A stretch of 46,072 nt of DNA from Candidatus Methylomirabilia bacterium (GCA_041492755.1 JBGPXN010000014.1:1-46072); one strand, 5' to 3'. Shown: positions 27,103-37,093, numbered from the stretch's first letter. Translations and numbers: made by a program. Notes: a model not told the origin generated them from the sequence alone.

Positions 27103-28695
27103 ATGAAGGAGATCAGGCTCCACGCAGGCATCCCGGTCAAGCCGGTCTACGGGCCCGAAGACGTGACGGGGGACGCGGAACGCGAGATCGGTCGTCCCGG
27201 CGAGTACCCGTTCACGCGCGGGATCCACCGCCACATGTATCGCGACCGGCTGTGGACGATGCGCCAGTACGTCGGCTTCGGGACTCCGGGCGAGACGAAC
27301 GCGCGCTTCAAATACCTCATGGCCCACGGTCAGGACGCGCTCAACGTCGCGTTCGACCTGCCCACCCAGCTCGGCCTCGACTCCGACGATCCGCGCGCCG
27401 AGGGCGAGGTTGGCCGCGTCGGCATGGCCGTCGATTCCCTCGCCGACATGGAAGAGGCCTTCGCCGGCATCCCGCTCGATCGGGTGAGCGTCTCGCTCAC
27501 CATCAACGGGATGGCGGCGCCGATCACCGCGATGTACTACGCCGTCGCCGAGAAGCAGGGCGCGGCGCGCGAGCGGGTGGTGACGACGCCGCAAAACGAC
27601 ATCCTCAAGGAGTTCGTGGCCCGCGGCACCTGGATCTATCCCGTCGCGCCATCGATGCGCCTGGTGGGCGACCTCATCGAGTTCTCGACGCAGCGCTACC
27701 CGCGCTCCAATCCCGTCTCCGTGTGTGGCTATCACATCCGCGAGGCCGGCTGCACGACCGCGCAGGAGATGGCGTACGGCCTGGCCATCGCCGCCGCCTA
27801 CGTGGAGATGATGATGGGGCGCGGCCTGGCCGTCGACGACTTCGCGCCGCGCATCTCGTTCAACTTCACGGCGTGGGGCAAGATCTTCGAGGAGGTTGCG
27901 AAGTTCCGGGCGGGCCGGCGCCTGTACGCGCGGATGATGCGCGAGCGCTTCGGGGCCGAGAACCCGCGCTCGTGGATGTTGCGCACGCTTATCGGCGGCG
28001 GCGGCTCCTCGTTCGTGGCCCAGGAGCCGGAGAACAACATCGTGCGCGGCGCCTACATCGCGCTGGCGGGGGCGCTGGCCGGCGGCCAGACGATGGCGCT
28101 GCCGACCTACGACGAGGCGTACACGATCCCGTCGGCCAAGGCGCAGCTCATCGCGCTCCGGACCATGCAGATCTGCGCGGAGGAATCCGGCGCGGCCGAC
28201 ACCGCCGACCCCCTCGCCGGCTCCTACTATGTGGAAGCGCTCACCAACGAGATGGAAGGGAAGATCGTCGAGGAGATGGCGCAGGTCGAGCGCATGGGCG
28301 GCATCGTGGACGCCGTGAAGACGGGCGCCCTCCAGGCCGAGGTCGCCCGGCAGGCGTACCTGTTCGAGCAGCGGCTGAACTCGGGGGAGATTCCGAAGGT
28401 CGGCGTCAACTGCCACGTGGCCGACGGTGGCGCGGCGGACGAGCCGGAGCTCGAGCTCTACGGGTTCGATCCCGCCGTGGCCGAAGCGCAAGTGTCCCGG
28501 CTCGCGCGTGTCCGACGTGACCGTGACCACGCCGCCACCCGCGCGGCACTGCGGCGGCTGACCGACGAGGCGCGCGGGACCGGCAACCTCATGGAGCCGA
28601 TCATGGACGCCGTCACCGCGTACGCCACCCTCGGCGAGATGTGCCGGGCCATGAAGGACGTGTTCGGCGAGCACAAGGAGCCGGTTCGCTTCTGA
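27103..28695 (+). CDS. B12-dependent acyl-CoA mutase large subunit (methylmalonyl-CoA mutase family, divergent)
   Basis: PGEYPFTRG, WTMRQY, AFDLPTQ, QNDILKE, GYHIREAG, DPLAGSYYVE and ATLGE. SD GGAGGAG. Confidence 0.93.
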   Translation: MKEIRLHAGIPVKPVYGPEDVTGDAEREIGRPGEYPFTRGIHRHMYRDRLWTMRQYVGFGTPGETNARFKYLMAHGQDALNVAFDLPTQLGLDSDDPRAEGEVGRVGMAVDSLADMEEAFAGIPLDRVSVSLTINGMAAPITAMYYAVAEKQGAARERVVTTPQNDILKEFVARGTWIYPVAPSMRLVGDLIEFSTQRYPRSNPVSVCGYHIREAGCTTAQEMAYGLAIAAAYVEMMMGRGLAVDDFAPRISFNFTAWGKIFEEVAKFRAGRRLYARMMRERFGAENPRSWMLRTLIGGGGSSFVAQEPENNIVRGAYIALAGALAGGQTMALPTYDEAYTIPSAKAQLIALRTMQICAEESGAADTADPLAGSYYVEALTNEMEGKIVEEMAQVERMGGIVDAVKTGALQAEVARQAYLFEQRLNSGEIPKVGVNCHVADGGAADEPELELYGFDPAVAEAQVSRLARVRRDRDHAATRAALRRLTDEARGTGNLMEPIMDAVTAYATLGEMCRAMKDVFGEHKEPVRF

Positions 28696-28735
28696 TGCGT
28701 CGAGCGCTTCCCCGGACTCGAGTGAGCTCGGCAAG

Positions 28736-31027
28736 GTGACGTCGGCGTTCGACGTCATCGGCAAGGCGGTCCCGAAGCGGGACGGCGCGGACAAGGTCAC
28801 CGGCCGGACGCGGTTCCTGCACGACGTCGAGCTGCCGCGGATGGCGCATGGCAAGGTGCTGCGCGCGCGTCATCCGCATGCGCGGATCGTACGGATCGAC
28901 GCCAGCCGGGCGCGTGCGTTGCCGGGCGTGCTCGCCGTGCTCACCGGCGACGACGTCGAGCAATATCCGTTCGGGTTCGCGAAGGACCAGCTCGCGCTCA
29001 AGCGTGGAAAGGTCCGGTGCATCCGGGATGAAGTCGCGGCGGTTGCCGCGGAGAGCGTGGCGATCGCCGAGGAAGCCCTAACCCTGATCGACGTCGAGTA
29101 CGAGGAGCTGCCGGCGGTCTTCGATCCTGAAGCGGCGCTGCGCCCCGACGCGCCGGTCATCCATGACGACCTCGGGACCAACCGGACGGCGCTGCGGTAC
29201 CAGTTCGTCCACGGCGACGTCGACGCCGCGTTCGCCGCCGCCGCGGCGGTGGTGGAGGGAACATACCGGTTGAACTTCGTGACGCCGGCGTGCCTGGAGA
29301 CGATGGTCGCGATCGCCGACTGGGACGCGGAGGGGCGCCTCACGATGATGAGCACGACCCAGGTGCCCTTCCTCTATCAGCGCGATCTCGCCGCCGCCCT
29401 TGGCATCGGCGGCGACCGGATCCGTGTGCTGCAGCCGCCGGTGGGCGGCAGCTTCGGGCGCGGGCTCGACCTCTACCCGATCGACGTCATCGCCGCGCTG
29501 CTCGCGCGGCGGGTCCGGCGCCCGGTGAAGATCGAGTTCGAGCGGACCGAAGAGTTCGTGGCCTGCCCGACGCGCGAGCCGTGCACGATCCGGCTTCGCA
29601 CCGCGGCCGCCGCCGACGGCGGGCTGCTGGCCCGCGACGCGCACGTCACCATCGACAACGGCGCCTACGTCTCCTGGGGCTCGACGACGCCGTACGTCAT
29701 GCTCTCGACGACCGCCGGCCTCTACCGCTGCCCGAGCGTCCGGTTCGACACGACGATCGTCTACACCAACAACCCGTACTCCGGCTCGATGCGCGGTTAC
29801 GGAAACCTCGAGTCGACTTTCGCGGTCGAGTCGCAGATGGACGACGTTGCCGAGCGCCTCGGTCTCGATCCACTCGAGATCCGGCGTCGTAACGCCAGCG
29901 GCCCGGGCGACGTGAATCCACAGAACTTCGTCCTCACGTCGTGCGCCATGCGCGAGTGCCTGGAGGCCGCGGCGGACGAGATCGCACGGGACACGCCGCC
30001 GCTCTGGCCGGGCTGGAAGCGCGGCGTGGGCTACGCCGCCATGTTCCACGTCGCCGGCGGCGCCCGCATCTATCGCTCCGACGGCTGCGGCGCCATCGTG
30101 AAGCTCGACGACTTCGGCAAGGTCTCGCTCATCACCGGGGCGACCGAGATCGGGCAAGGGTCGGAGACCGTGCTCGCGATGATCGTGGCGGAGACTCTCG
30201 GTGTGCCGCTCGACCGCGTGGAGGTCGTCAACTCCGACACCGCGGTCAAACCGTGGGACGTGGGGGCCCACGCGAGCCGCACGACGTTCATCGCCGGCAA
30301 CGCCGCCCGCCAGGCCGCCGAGAAACTGCGCACGCAGCTGCTCGCCATGGGGGCCGAGGCGCTCGACGAGTCGGCGGATCGCCTGGATCTTCGTGACGGG
30401 CACGTCTACGTGCGCGGTGAGCCGCAGCGTCGGCTGCCGTACGAGCGGGTGGCGCGCACCGGCCACTTCCGTGGAGGCGGGCGCACGCTCGTCGCGGAGG
30501 CGTTCTACGATCCGCCGACTGTGATGCTCGACAAGGACCTGCGCGGCAACGTCTCCGCGACCTACGGCTTTGCCGTCCAGGCGGTCCTGCTCGACGTCGA
30601 CCCGGAGACGGGGAAGGTCGTGGTCCGCCGGGTCGCGTCCGCGCACGACGTCGGCCGCGCGCTCAACCCGCTCGCCGCCGAGGGCCAGGTCCACGGCGGC
30701 ATCCACATGGGGCTTGGTTACGCGCTCAGCGAGCGCCTGGTGGTCGAGAACGGCCAGGTCATGACCGCGTCGTTCATGGACTACGCCGTGCTCAAGGCCG
30801 ACGACATGCCCGCCATCGTGGTGCGCTTCGTCGAGAGCGTGGACGCCGAAGGTCCGTTCGGCGCCAAGGGTCTCGGCGAGTCCGGCGTCATCCCGGTCTC
30901 CGCCGCCGTCGCCAACGCGATCAAGAACGCGATCGGCGTGCGGTTCACGGAGCTGCCGATCACGCCGGCGGCGGTTCATGGCGCGCTGGCCGGGCCGCCC
31001 AGTTGCAGGCCCGCGCCGACCGGATGA
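28736..31027 (+). CDS. Xanthine-oxidase-family molybdopterin-binding subunit (HcrA/CoxL-like)
   Basis: KVTG, TQVP, GGSFG, MRGYG, EIGQG, ASRTT, GQVHGG..MGLG and GAKGLGE. Confidence 0.92.
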   Translation: MTSAFDVIGKAVPKRDGADKVTGRTRFLHDVELPRMAHGKVLRARHPHARIVRIDASRARALPGVLAVLTGDDVEQYPFGFAKDQLALKRGKVRCIRDEVAAVAAESVAIAEEALTLIDVEYEELPAVFDPEAALRPDAPVIHDDLGTNRTALRYQFVHGDVDAAFAAAAAVVEGTYRLNFVTPACLETMVAIADWDAEGRLTMMSTTQVPFLYQRDLAAALGIGGDRIRVLQPPVGGSFGRGLDLYPIDVIAALLARRVRRPVKIEFERTEEFVACPTREPCTIRLRTAAAADGGLLARDAHVTIDNGAYVSWGSTTPYVMLSTTAGLYRCPSVRFDTTIVYTNNPYSGSMRGYGNLESTFAVESQMDDVAERLGLDPLEIRRRNASGPGDVNPQNFVLTSCAMRECLEAAADEIARDTPPLWPGWKRGVGYAAMFHVAGGARIYRSDGCGAIVKLDDFGKVSLITGATEIGQGSETVLAMIVAETLGVPLDRVEVVNSDTAVKPWDVGAHASRTTFIAGNAARQAAEKLRTQLLAMGAEALDESADRLDLRDGHVYVRGEPQRRLPYERVARTGHFRGGGRTLVAEAFYDPPTVMLDKDLRGNVSATYGFAVQAVLLDVDPETGKVVVRRVASAHDVGRALNPLAAEGQVHGGIHMGLGYALSERLVVENGQVMTASFMDYAVLKADDMPAIVVRFVESVDAEGPFGAKGLGESGVIPVSAAVANAIKNAIGVRFTELPITPAAVHGALAGPPSCRPAPTG

Positions 31028-31031
31028 TCGA

Positions 31032-32228
31032 GTGACGGCGCTCTTCGCCGGCGTGCGCGTGCTCGATCTCTCCCGCATGCTGGCGGGACCGTACGGCTCG
31101 ATGCTGCTCGCCGATCAGGGCGCCGAGGTGATCAAGATCGAGGAGCCCGACGGCGGGGATCCGATGCGCGTGATGGGACCGCCGTTCCTGCCCGACGGCG
31201 CCAGCGCGTACTTCCTCGCCATCAACCGGAACAAGAAGTCCGTCGCGCTCGATCTGACGAAGCCGTCGGGACGCGAGGTGTTCCTCGACCTCGTGCGGAT
31301 GGCGGACGTCGTCTGGGAGAACTTCCGGCCCGGCATCATGGAGCGTCTCGGGTGTGGCTATGACGCCCTCGCGGAAATCAACCCGCGGCTGATCATGTGC
31401 TCGATCTCCGCCTACGGCCCCGATGGGCCGTACCGCGACTGGCCGGCGTTCGATCTGGCACTGCAGGCGATGGGCGGAGCCCTGACCCTCACCGGAGAGC
31501 CGGGCGGACCACCCGTGCGCATGGGGCTGCCGATGGGCGATCTCGCGGGCGGGATGTTCGGGGCGTTCGCGGTCGCGGGCGCGCTGTTTCGCCGCTCGGT
31601 GACCGGGCGCGGCGCGCACGTGGACCTCGCGCTGCTCGATTGTCAGGTCTCGCTCCTGACCTACATCGCGCAGTACTTCTGGACCGACGGCCGCGTGCCG
31701 GGCGCGATGGGCTCGGCGCACTCGTCGGTGGTTCCCTACCAGGCGCTCGCCACGCGCGACGGCAACCTCATCATCGCGGTCTTTACCGAGAAGTTCTGGG
31801 CCGCGTTCTGTCGAGCGGTGGAGCGTCCCCAGTGGGCGGCCGATCCGCGCTTCCTCACCAACCGTGACCGCGTGCGCCATCGCGACGCGCTGATCCCGTT
31901 GGTGGAAGCGCTGTTCGCCACGCGCACGACGGCGGAGTGGCTCACGCGGCTGCAGGCGGAGGGCGTGCCGGCCACGCCCATCCAGGGCGTGGACCGCGTG
32001 CTCGCGGATCCGCAAGTGAAGCAACGCGAGATGGTCGTGGACCTTCGGCATCCTGTGCATGGAGCCCTGCCCACCCTCGGCACGCCGATCAAAGTGGACG
32101 GCGCTCGGGGCCTCGACGTCGCGCCCCCGCCGACGCTCGGTGAGCACACCGACGCCGTGCTCGCCGACATCCTCGGGTATCCGACCGATCGCGTCGCGGC
32201 GCTGCGTGCGTCCGGCGTCGTCGGCTGA
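31032..32228 (+). CDS. Class III (CaiB/BaiF) CoA transferase
   Basis: LAGPY, GAEVIKIE, NRNKKS, ENFRPG and catalytic Asp in GDLAGG. Confidence 0.93.
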   Translation: MTALFAGVRVLDLSRMLAGPYGSMLLADQGAEVIKIEEPDGGDPMRVMGPPFLPDGASAYFLAINRNKKSVALDLTKPSGREVFLDLVRMADVVWENFRPGIMERLGCGYDALAEINPRLIMCSISAYGPDGPYRDWPAFDLALQAMGGALTLTGEPGGPPVRMGLPMGDLAGGMFGAFAVAGALFRRSVTGRGAHVDLALLDCQVSLLTYIAQYFWTDGRVPGAMGSAHSSVVPYQALATRDGNLIIAVFTEKFWAAFCRAVERPQWAADPRFLTNRDRVRHRDALIPLVEALFATRTTAEWLTRLQAEGVPATPIQGVDRVLADPQVKQREMVVDLRHPVHGALPTLGTPIKVDGARGLDVAPPPTLGEHTDAVLADILGYPTDRVAALRASGVVG

Positions 32229-32240
32229 ACGGCACCCTTC

Positions 32241-33350
32241 ATGCGTGTTGCCGTCCTCGGCGGCAGTCACGGCGGCTACGCCATGGCCGCGGATCTCGCG
32301 CTCGCCGGCCACCAGGTGCGACTCTGGCGCCGCGACGCGGCGGCGCTCGCCGCGCTCGGCTCGCCGCCTGCCATCGCGTTCCGTGGGGACGGCGCCGAGG
32401 GCGTCGCCCGTCTGGAGCGCGCCACCGGCGATCTGGGGGAGGCGGTCGAGGGCGCCGCCGTCGTCGTCGTGCCCCTGCCCGCGACCAGCCACGAAGACCT
32501 CGCGCCGCGCCTGGGTCGGCACCTCACTGGCCGTGAAGTCGTGCTCCTCACGCCGGGAACGCTCGGCAGCTACGTGATGGCGCGCGAGATCGCGCGCGCC
32601 GGCGGCCGGATGCCGCTGGCCTTCGCCGAGACGGGGACGCTGCCCTATCTCGCGCGCAAGACGGGGCCGGCGGAGGTGGCGGCGCCCGTGCGCGCCGCGA
32701 ATCTTCCGGTGGGCGTGTTTCCGTCCGCGCGAGCCGAAGCCGCCCTCGCGCGGGTGCGCGAGCTGTTTCCGGCCACGCGGCCGTGCGTGGACGCGCTCGA
32801 CGCGGCGCTGACCAACGCGGGGATCGTCATCCATCCGCCGCTCGTGCTGCTCAACGCGGGCGCGATCGATCGCGGGCGCTTCGACGTCCACGCCGCCGGA
32901 ACGACCGACGGCCCGCGGCGCATCATCGACGCCGTCGACGCCGAGCGGATGGCCGCGCGTGTCGGATGGGACTATCCGGCGCCCCATTACGAGCTGGCCC
33001 ACTACTACGACGAGACGCGGGCGGCCGAGTGGCTGTACGGAGCCGGGGCGCGCGCCAAGCTCACCGCCAGCGGGCTGTGGAACGAGGTCCTCACCTACGA
33101 GCACCGGTACGTCACCGAGGACACCGTGCTCGGCCTGCCGCTCTTCGAGTCCGCGGCGCGCGCCGCCGGGACGCCGTCGGACGGTATCAGCGGCTTGCTG
33201 CTCGTCTTCGGCACGTTGCTGCGTCGCCGGCTCACCGGGCAGGGACGTGCGCTCGAGCGGCTCGGCCTCGGCGATCTCACTCGGCGAGAGATCCGCGGCT
33301 TCATGGAGGAGGGCTGGACGTCGTCCTTCTGGCCGCGCGCGATCGCGTGA
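32241..33350 (+). CDS. NAD/NADP opine (octopine/nopaline) dehydrogenase family protein
   Basis: GGSHGGYAMAADL, ETGTLPY, N...HPP, DAER and HRYVTED. Confidence 0.87.
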   Translation: MRVAVLGGSHGGYAMAADLALAGHQVRLWRRDAAALAALGSPPAIAFRGDGAEGVARLERATGDLGEAVEGAAVVVVPLPATSHEDLAPRLGRHLTGREVVLLTPGTLGSYVMAREIARAGGRMPLAFAETGTLPYLARKTGPAEVAAPVRAANLPVGVFPSARAEAALARVRELFPATRPCVDALDAALTNAGIVIHPPLVLLNAGAIDRGRFDVHAAGTTDGPRRIIDAVDAERMAARVGWDYPAPHYELAHYYDETRAAEWLYGAGARAKLTASGLWNEVLTYEHRYVTEDTVLGLPLFESAARAAGTPSDGISGLLLVFGTLLRRRLTGQGRALERLGLGDLTRREIRGFMEEGWTSSFWPRAIA

Positions 33351-34222
33351 CGGCCGCCGCGCTCGTACACGTCGTGATGAGCGGCCTCGCCACCGGGAGC
33401 ATCTACGCGCTGATGGCGCTGGCGCTGGTGATCATCTACAACGCCACCCGCACGCTGAACTTCGCCCAGGGCGAGATGTTGATGGTGTCCGCGTTTCTCG
33501 CGTGGACCGCCCTGCGCATGGGCGCGCCCTTGTGGGTGGCGGTGGTCGTCGCGGTTGCCGGCTCGGCGGCGCTGGGCTTCATGATCGAGCGGCTGATCAT
33601 CCGGCGTGCGCTGGCCGCGACCCACTGGGACGTCTTGATCATCACGCTCGGGCTCTCGCTCGTGCTGCGCTCGCTGGCCGGCGTGATCTGGAGCCACGAC
33701 GAGTTCCCGTTTCCGTCCTTCTTCCCGAGCCGGCCGGTGGCCCTCGGTCCCGTGCGGGTGGTACCGATCTCCCTCGGAATCATCGGCGCCTCCCTCACGC
33801 TCATGGCCGTCCTGTACGTGGTCTTCACCCGCACGCGCATGGGCCGCGCGATGCGGGCGGTCGCGCAGAATCAGCGGGCCGCGCGGCTGGTGGGCATCAG
33901 CGTCGAGCGCGTGTCCTCGATGTCATGGATGCTGGCCGCCGTCGTCGGCGCCGTCGCCGGCGTCCTCATCGCCCCGGTGATCTTCCTCTCGACCAAGATG
34001 GGATTGATCGTGATCAACGGCTTCACCGCCGCCGTGCTCGGCGGCTTCGGCTCGATGCCGGGCGCCGTGCTCGGCGGCATGGTCCTCGGCGTGATCGAGA
34101 ACGTCGCGCCGCTCTACCTGCCGTCGGGGATCCGCCACGCGGTGCCGTTCCTGCTCCTGATCGCCATCCTCGTGCTCAAGCCGGGCGGACTGCTCGGCCG
34201 CGTGCAGACCCGCAAGGTCTGA
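33347..34222 (+). CDS. Branched-chain amino acid-type ABC permease (LivH-like)
   Basis: GSIYAL, NFAQGE, GRAMRAVAQN..AA.LVGI and LGGFGS. Confidence 0.92.
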   Translation: MTAAALVHVVMSGLATGSIYALMALALVIIYNATRTLNFAQGEMLMVSAFLAWTALRMGAPLWVAVVVAVAGSAALGFMIERLIIRRALAATHWDVLIITLGLSLVLRSLAGVIWSHDEFPFPSFFPSRPVALGPVRVVPISLGIIGASLTLMAVLYVVFTRTRMGRAMRAVAQNQRAARLVGISVERVSSMSWMLAAVVGAVAGVLIAPVIFLSTKMGLIVINGFTAAVLGGFGSMPGAVLGGMVLGVIENVAPLYLPSGIRHAVPFLLLIAILVLKPGGLLGRVQTRKV

Positions 34223-35148
34223 TGCGCCGCCTCGCGCTGGGCGCTCTCGCCGCGATCCTCGTCGGGTGGCCCTGGGCGGCGCCGTCGTATCTCGTGTTCC
34301 TCGCGAGCCTCGTGCTGGTCAACGCGATCGTGGCCGTCGGCCTCAATCTCCTCTCGGGCTACACCCATCAGCTCTCTTTCGGCCACGCCGGCTTCCTCGC
34401 CGTCGGCGCCTACACGGCCGCCGTCGTGACGACCCACGTGCCCGCCCTGCCGGTGCCCATCACCCTGCTCGTGGCCGGCGTCTTCACCGGGCTGGTCGGG
34501 GTGGCGCTGGGCGTGCCCTGCCTGCGGCTCGAGGGCCTGTACCTGACGATGGCGACGCTGGCCTTCGGCTTCGTCGTCATCGAGGCGATCCTGAACCTCG
34601 ACACGCTGACCCGCGGCGCCGACGGATTCGCGGTGCCGCTCGCGCGCCTGGGGCCGTGGCGGCTGGAGACGGACCGCGCGCGCTACCATCTCGTGCTCGT
34701 CGTGGCGGCGGTGCTGGTGTGGGCCGCGCTGAACCTCGTCCACTCCCGGACGGGCCGCGCCTTCCTGGCCATCCGCGAGAGCGAGATCGCGGCCCAGGCC
34801 AGTGGCGTTCCCGTCGCCGCCTACAAGACCATCGCGTTCGCGGTGTCGGCGTTCTACACGGGCGTCGCGGGCGGTCTCTTTGCCTTCGTCGTCGGGCAGC
34901 TGTCGCCGGACGCGTTCGACGTGTTCCTGTCCGTCGACTTCGTGGTGATGATCATCCTCGGTGGGCTCGGCTCGATCCCGGGTGCGGTGCTGGGCGCGGC
35001 GGTGGTGACCGTGCTGCACGACTGGTTGGCGGCCTTCCAGGCGTACCGCCCTTTGATCTTCGGACTCATCCTCGTGGCCTGTATGCTCTTCATGCCCGGA
35101 GGCATCGTGAGCGCGCTCGACGCGCGCGGGGGGAGGAGGGCGTCATGA
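34222..35148 (+). CDS. Branched-chain amino acid-type ABC permease (LivM-like)
   Basis: LSFGHAGF, LRLEGLYL..ATLAF, GRAFLAIRESE and ILGGLGS. Confidence 0.92.
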   Translation: MRRLALGALAAILVGWPWAAPSYLVFLASLVLVNAIVAVGLNLLSGYTHQLSFGHAGFLAVGAYTAAVVTTHVPALPVPITLLVAGVFTGLVGVALGVPCLRLEGLYLTMATLAFGFVVIEAILNLDTLTRGADGFAVPLARLGPWRLETDRARYHLVLVVAAVLVWAALNLVHSRTGRAFLAIRESEIAAQASGVPVAAYKTIAFAVSAFYTGVAGGLFAFVVGQLSPDAFDVFLSVDFVVMIILGGLGSIPGAVLGAAVVTVLHDWLAAFQAYRPLIFGLILVACMLFMPGGIVSALDARGGRRAS

Positions 35149-36311
35149 CGGTCCGCCGTGCGTTTGCCGTGGTCGTTGCCGTGCTGCTGCTCGGCTGCGC
35201 TTCCGTCGCCATCGCGGAAACCGGAGTCACCGAGGGCGAGATCGCCGTCGGCTGCTCCAACTCCTTCTCGGGACCGCTCGCCTATACCGGCGAGCAGGCG
35301 ACGAAATTCGGCGTGGATCTGTATTTCAAGGTCGCCAACGAGAGCGGCGGAATCCACGGCCGGAAGATCCGCACGGTGTACTACGACGACGGCTATCGCC
35401 CCCAGGACGCCGTCGCGAACACCAAGAAGCTGGTCGAGCAGGACCAGATCTTCGCCGTGATCGCCCCCCAGGGCACGCCGCCGGTGGTGGCGACCCTCGA
35501 GTACCTGGAGCAGAGCAAGGTCCCGCTCCTGTTCCCGTTCCAGGGCTCGCCCGTCACCCGCGGCCGCAAGTACGTCTTCAGCGGCATGACGCTCTACGAC
35601 CGGCAGTCGCGCATGATGATCGACCACCTCGCCGGGCAGCGGAAGCTCAGGAAGTTCGCCGCGCTCTACCAGGACGACGAGTACGGCAAGGCGTTCCTCA
35701 CCGCGTTCGAGAAGGACCTGGCCCGGTACCGGCTGAAGCTGGCGGCGTCGGAGCCGATCAAGCGCGGCGCCACCGACGTGAGCGCCCAGATCGCCAAGCT
35801 GCAGGCGGCGCGCCCTGAGGCGGTGTTCCTCGTGCTGACGCCCGGACCGGGCGCGCAAGCGCTGAAGGAGCGGCAGAAGATCGGCTGGACGGACACCATC
35901 ATGGTGTCGTCCGGCCCGCTCACCGACGAGCGCTATCTCGCGCTGGCCGGCGACGCCGCCGAGGGCGTCGAGGGGCTGTCGCTGTGGCCCGACCCGCTGA
36001 CGTCCGAGCTGGCGGGAGTGCGCCAGTACCGCGAGGCCATGACGAAGCACTTCCCCAGGAACGCCCCGAATCGCTATTCGCTGTCCGGCTACTTTGCGTC
36101 GATGCTCTTCGCCGAGGGCGCCAAGCGGGCGGGACGCACGCTCACCCGCGACGGCCTCGTGAGCGCGCTGGAGTCGATCCGCGGCTGGGACAGCGGGATC
36201 CTCCCCGCGCTCAGCATCGGCGCGGATCACGAGACGCAGAAGCAGGGGTTCTGGGTCCGCGTCGAGAAGGGACGGTTCACGCAGGTCACGGACTGGCTCA
36301 AGTCCGAGTAG
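35145..36311 (+). CDS. ABC transporter substrate-binding protein (LivJ-like)
   Basis: Signal peptide, GGIHGRKI...DDGY and YQDDEYG. Confidence 0.9.
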   Translation: MTVRRAFAVVVAVLLLGCASVAIAETGVTEGEIAVGCSNSFSGPLAYTGEQATKFGVDLYFKVANESGGIHGRKIRTVYYDDGYRPQDAVANTKKLVEQDQIFAVIAPQGTPPVVATLEYLEQSKVPLLFPFQGSPVTRGRKYVFSGMTLYDRQSRMMIDHLAGQRKLRKFAALYQDDEYGKAFLTAFEKDLARYRLKLAASEPIKRGATDVSAQIAKLQAARPEAVFLVLTPGPGAQALKERQKIGWTDTIMVSSGPLTDERYLALAGDAAEGVEGLSLWPDPLTSELAGVRQYREAMTKHFPRNAPNRYSLSGYFASMLFAEGAKRAGRTLTRDGLVSALESIRGWDSGILPALSIGADHETQKQGFWVRVEKGRFTQVTDWLKSE

Positions 36312-36313
36312 CT

Positions 36314-37093
36314 TTGTCGTTGCTCGGGATCGCCGGCCTCACCATCCACTTCGGCGGGCTGGCGGCCCTGAGCGACTTCGACCTCGACGTCGCCGCCGGC
36401 GAGATCCGCGCGCTCATCGGCCCCAACGGGGCCGGGAAGACCACGGTCTTCAACGTACTGAGCGGACTCTATCGCCCGTCGCGCGGCCGGGTGACGTTCG
36501 ACGGCGCGGATCTGCTCGCGCTGCCACCGCATCGCATCGCCCGTCTCGGGGTCGCCCGCACGTTCCAGAACACGGAGGTCTTCCGCAAGCTCACCGCGCT
36601 CGACAACGTGCTGATCGGCGGCCACGCCCGCCTCCGGAGCAACCCGCTCAGCGCCGCGGTGGCCTGGCCGTCGGTCGGCGCGGAAGAAGCGGCGGCGCGC
36701 CGGTCCGCCCACGAGCTTCTCGCCCGGCTCGGGCTCGCGGATGCCGCCGACATGGAAGCCGGCAGCCTGCCGCTGGGCGCGCAGAAGCGGCTGGAGATCG
36801 CCCGAGCGCTGGCCGCCCGTCCTCGCCTGTTGCTGCTGGACGAGCCCGCCGGCGGACTCAATCCGACCGAGACGCGCACGCTGATGGACGTCATCCGACG
36901 ATTGCGCGACGCCGATGGCCTGACGATCGTCGTGGTCGAGCACGACATGCAGCTCGTGATGGGCATTTCCGACCGGGTCGCCGTGCTCCATCACGGCCGG
37001 AAGATCGCCGAGGGCACCCCGCGCGAGGTCGCCACCGATCCCCTGGTGATCGACGCCTATCTCGGTGAGGACGATGACGGCGCCGGTGCTTGA
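36314..37093 (+). CDS. ABC ATPase (LivG-like)
   Basis: FGGLAAL, GPNGAGKTT, ARTFQN, LLLDEP and VEHDM. Probable TTG start. Confidence 0.92.
   Translation: MSLLGIAGLTIHFGGLAALSDFDLDVAAGEIRALIGPNGAGKTTVFNVLSGLYRPSRGRVTFDGADLLALPPHRIARLGVARTFQNTEVFRKLTALDNVLIGGHARLRSNPLSAAVAWPSVGAEEAAARRSAHELLARLGLADAADMEAGSLPLGAQKRLEIARALAARPRLLLLDEPAGGLNPTETRTLMDVIRRLRDADGLTIVVVEHDMQLVMGISDRVAVLHHGRKIAEGTPREVATDPLVIDAYLGEDDDGAGA

Noticed and set aside
26701..28695. Calling the mutase a standard methylmalonyl-CoA mutase, or a cobalamin riboswitch upstream of it
   Set aside because: The pocket motifs diverge, no meaB or epimerase gene is nearby, and there is no intergenic space or B12-box before the genes.
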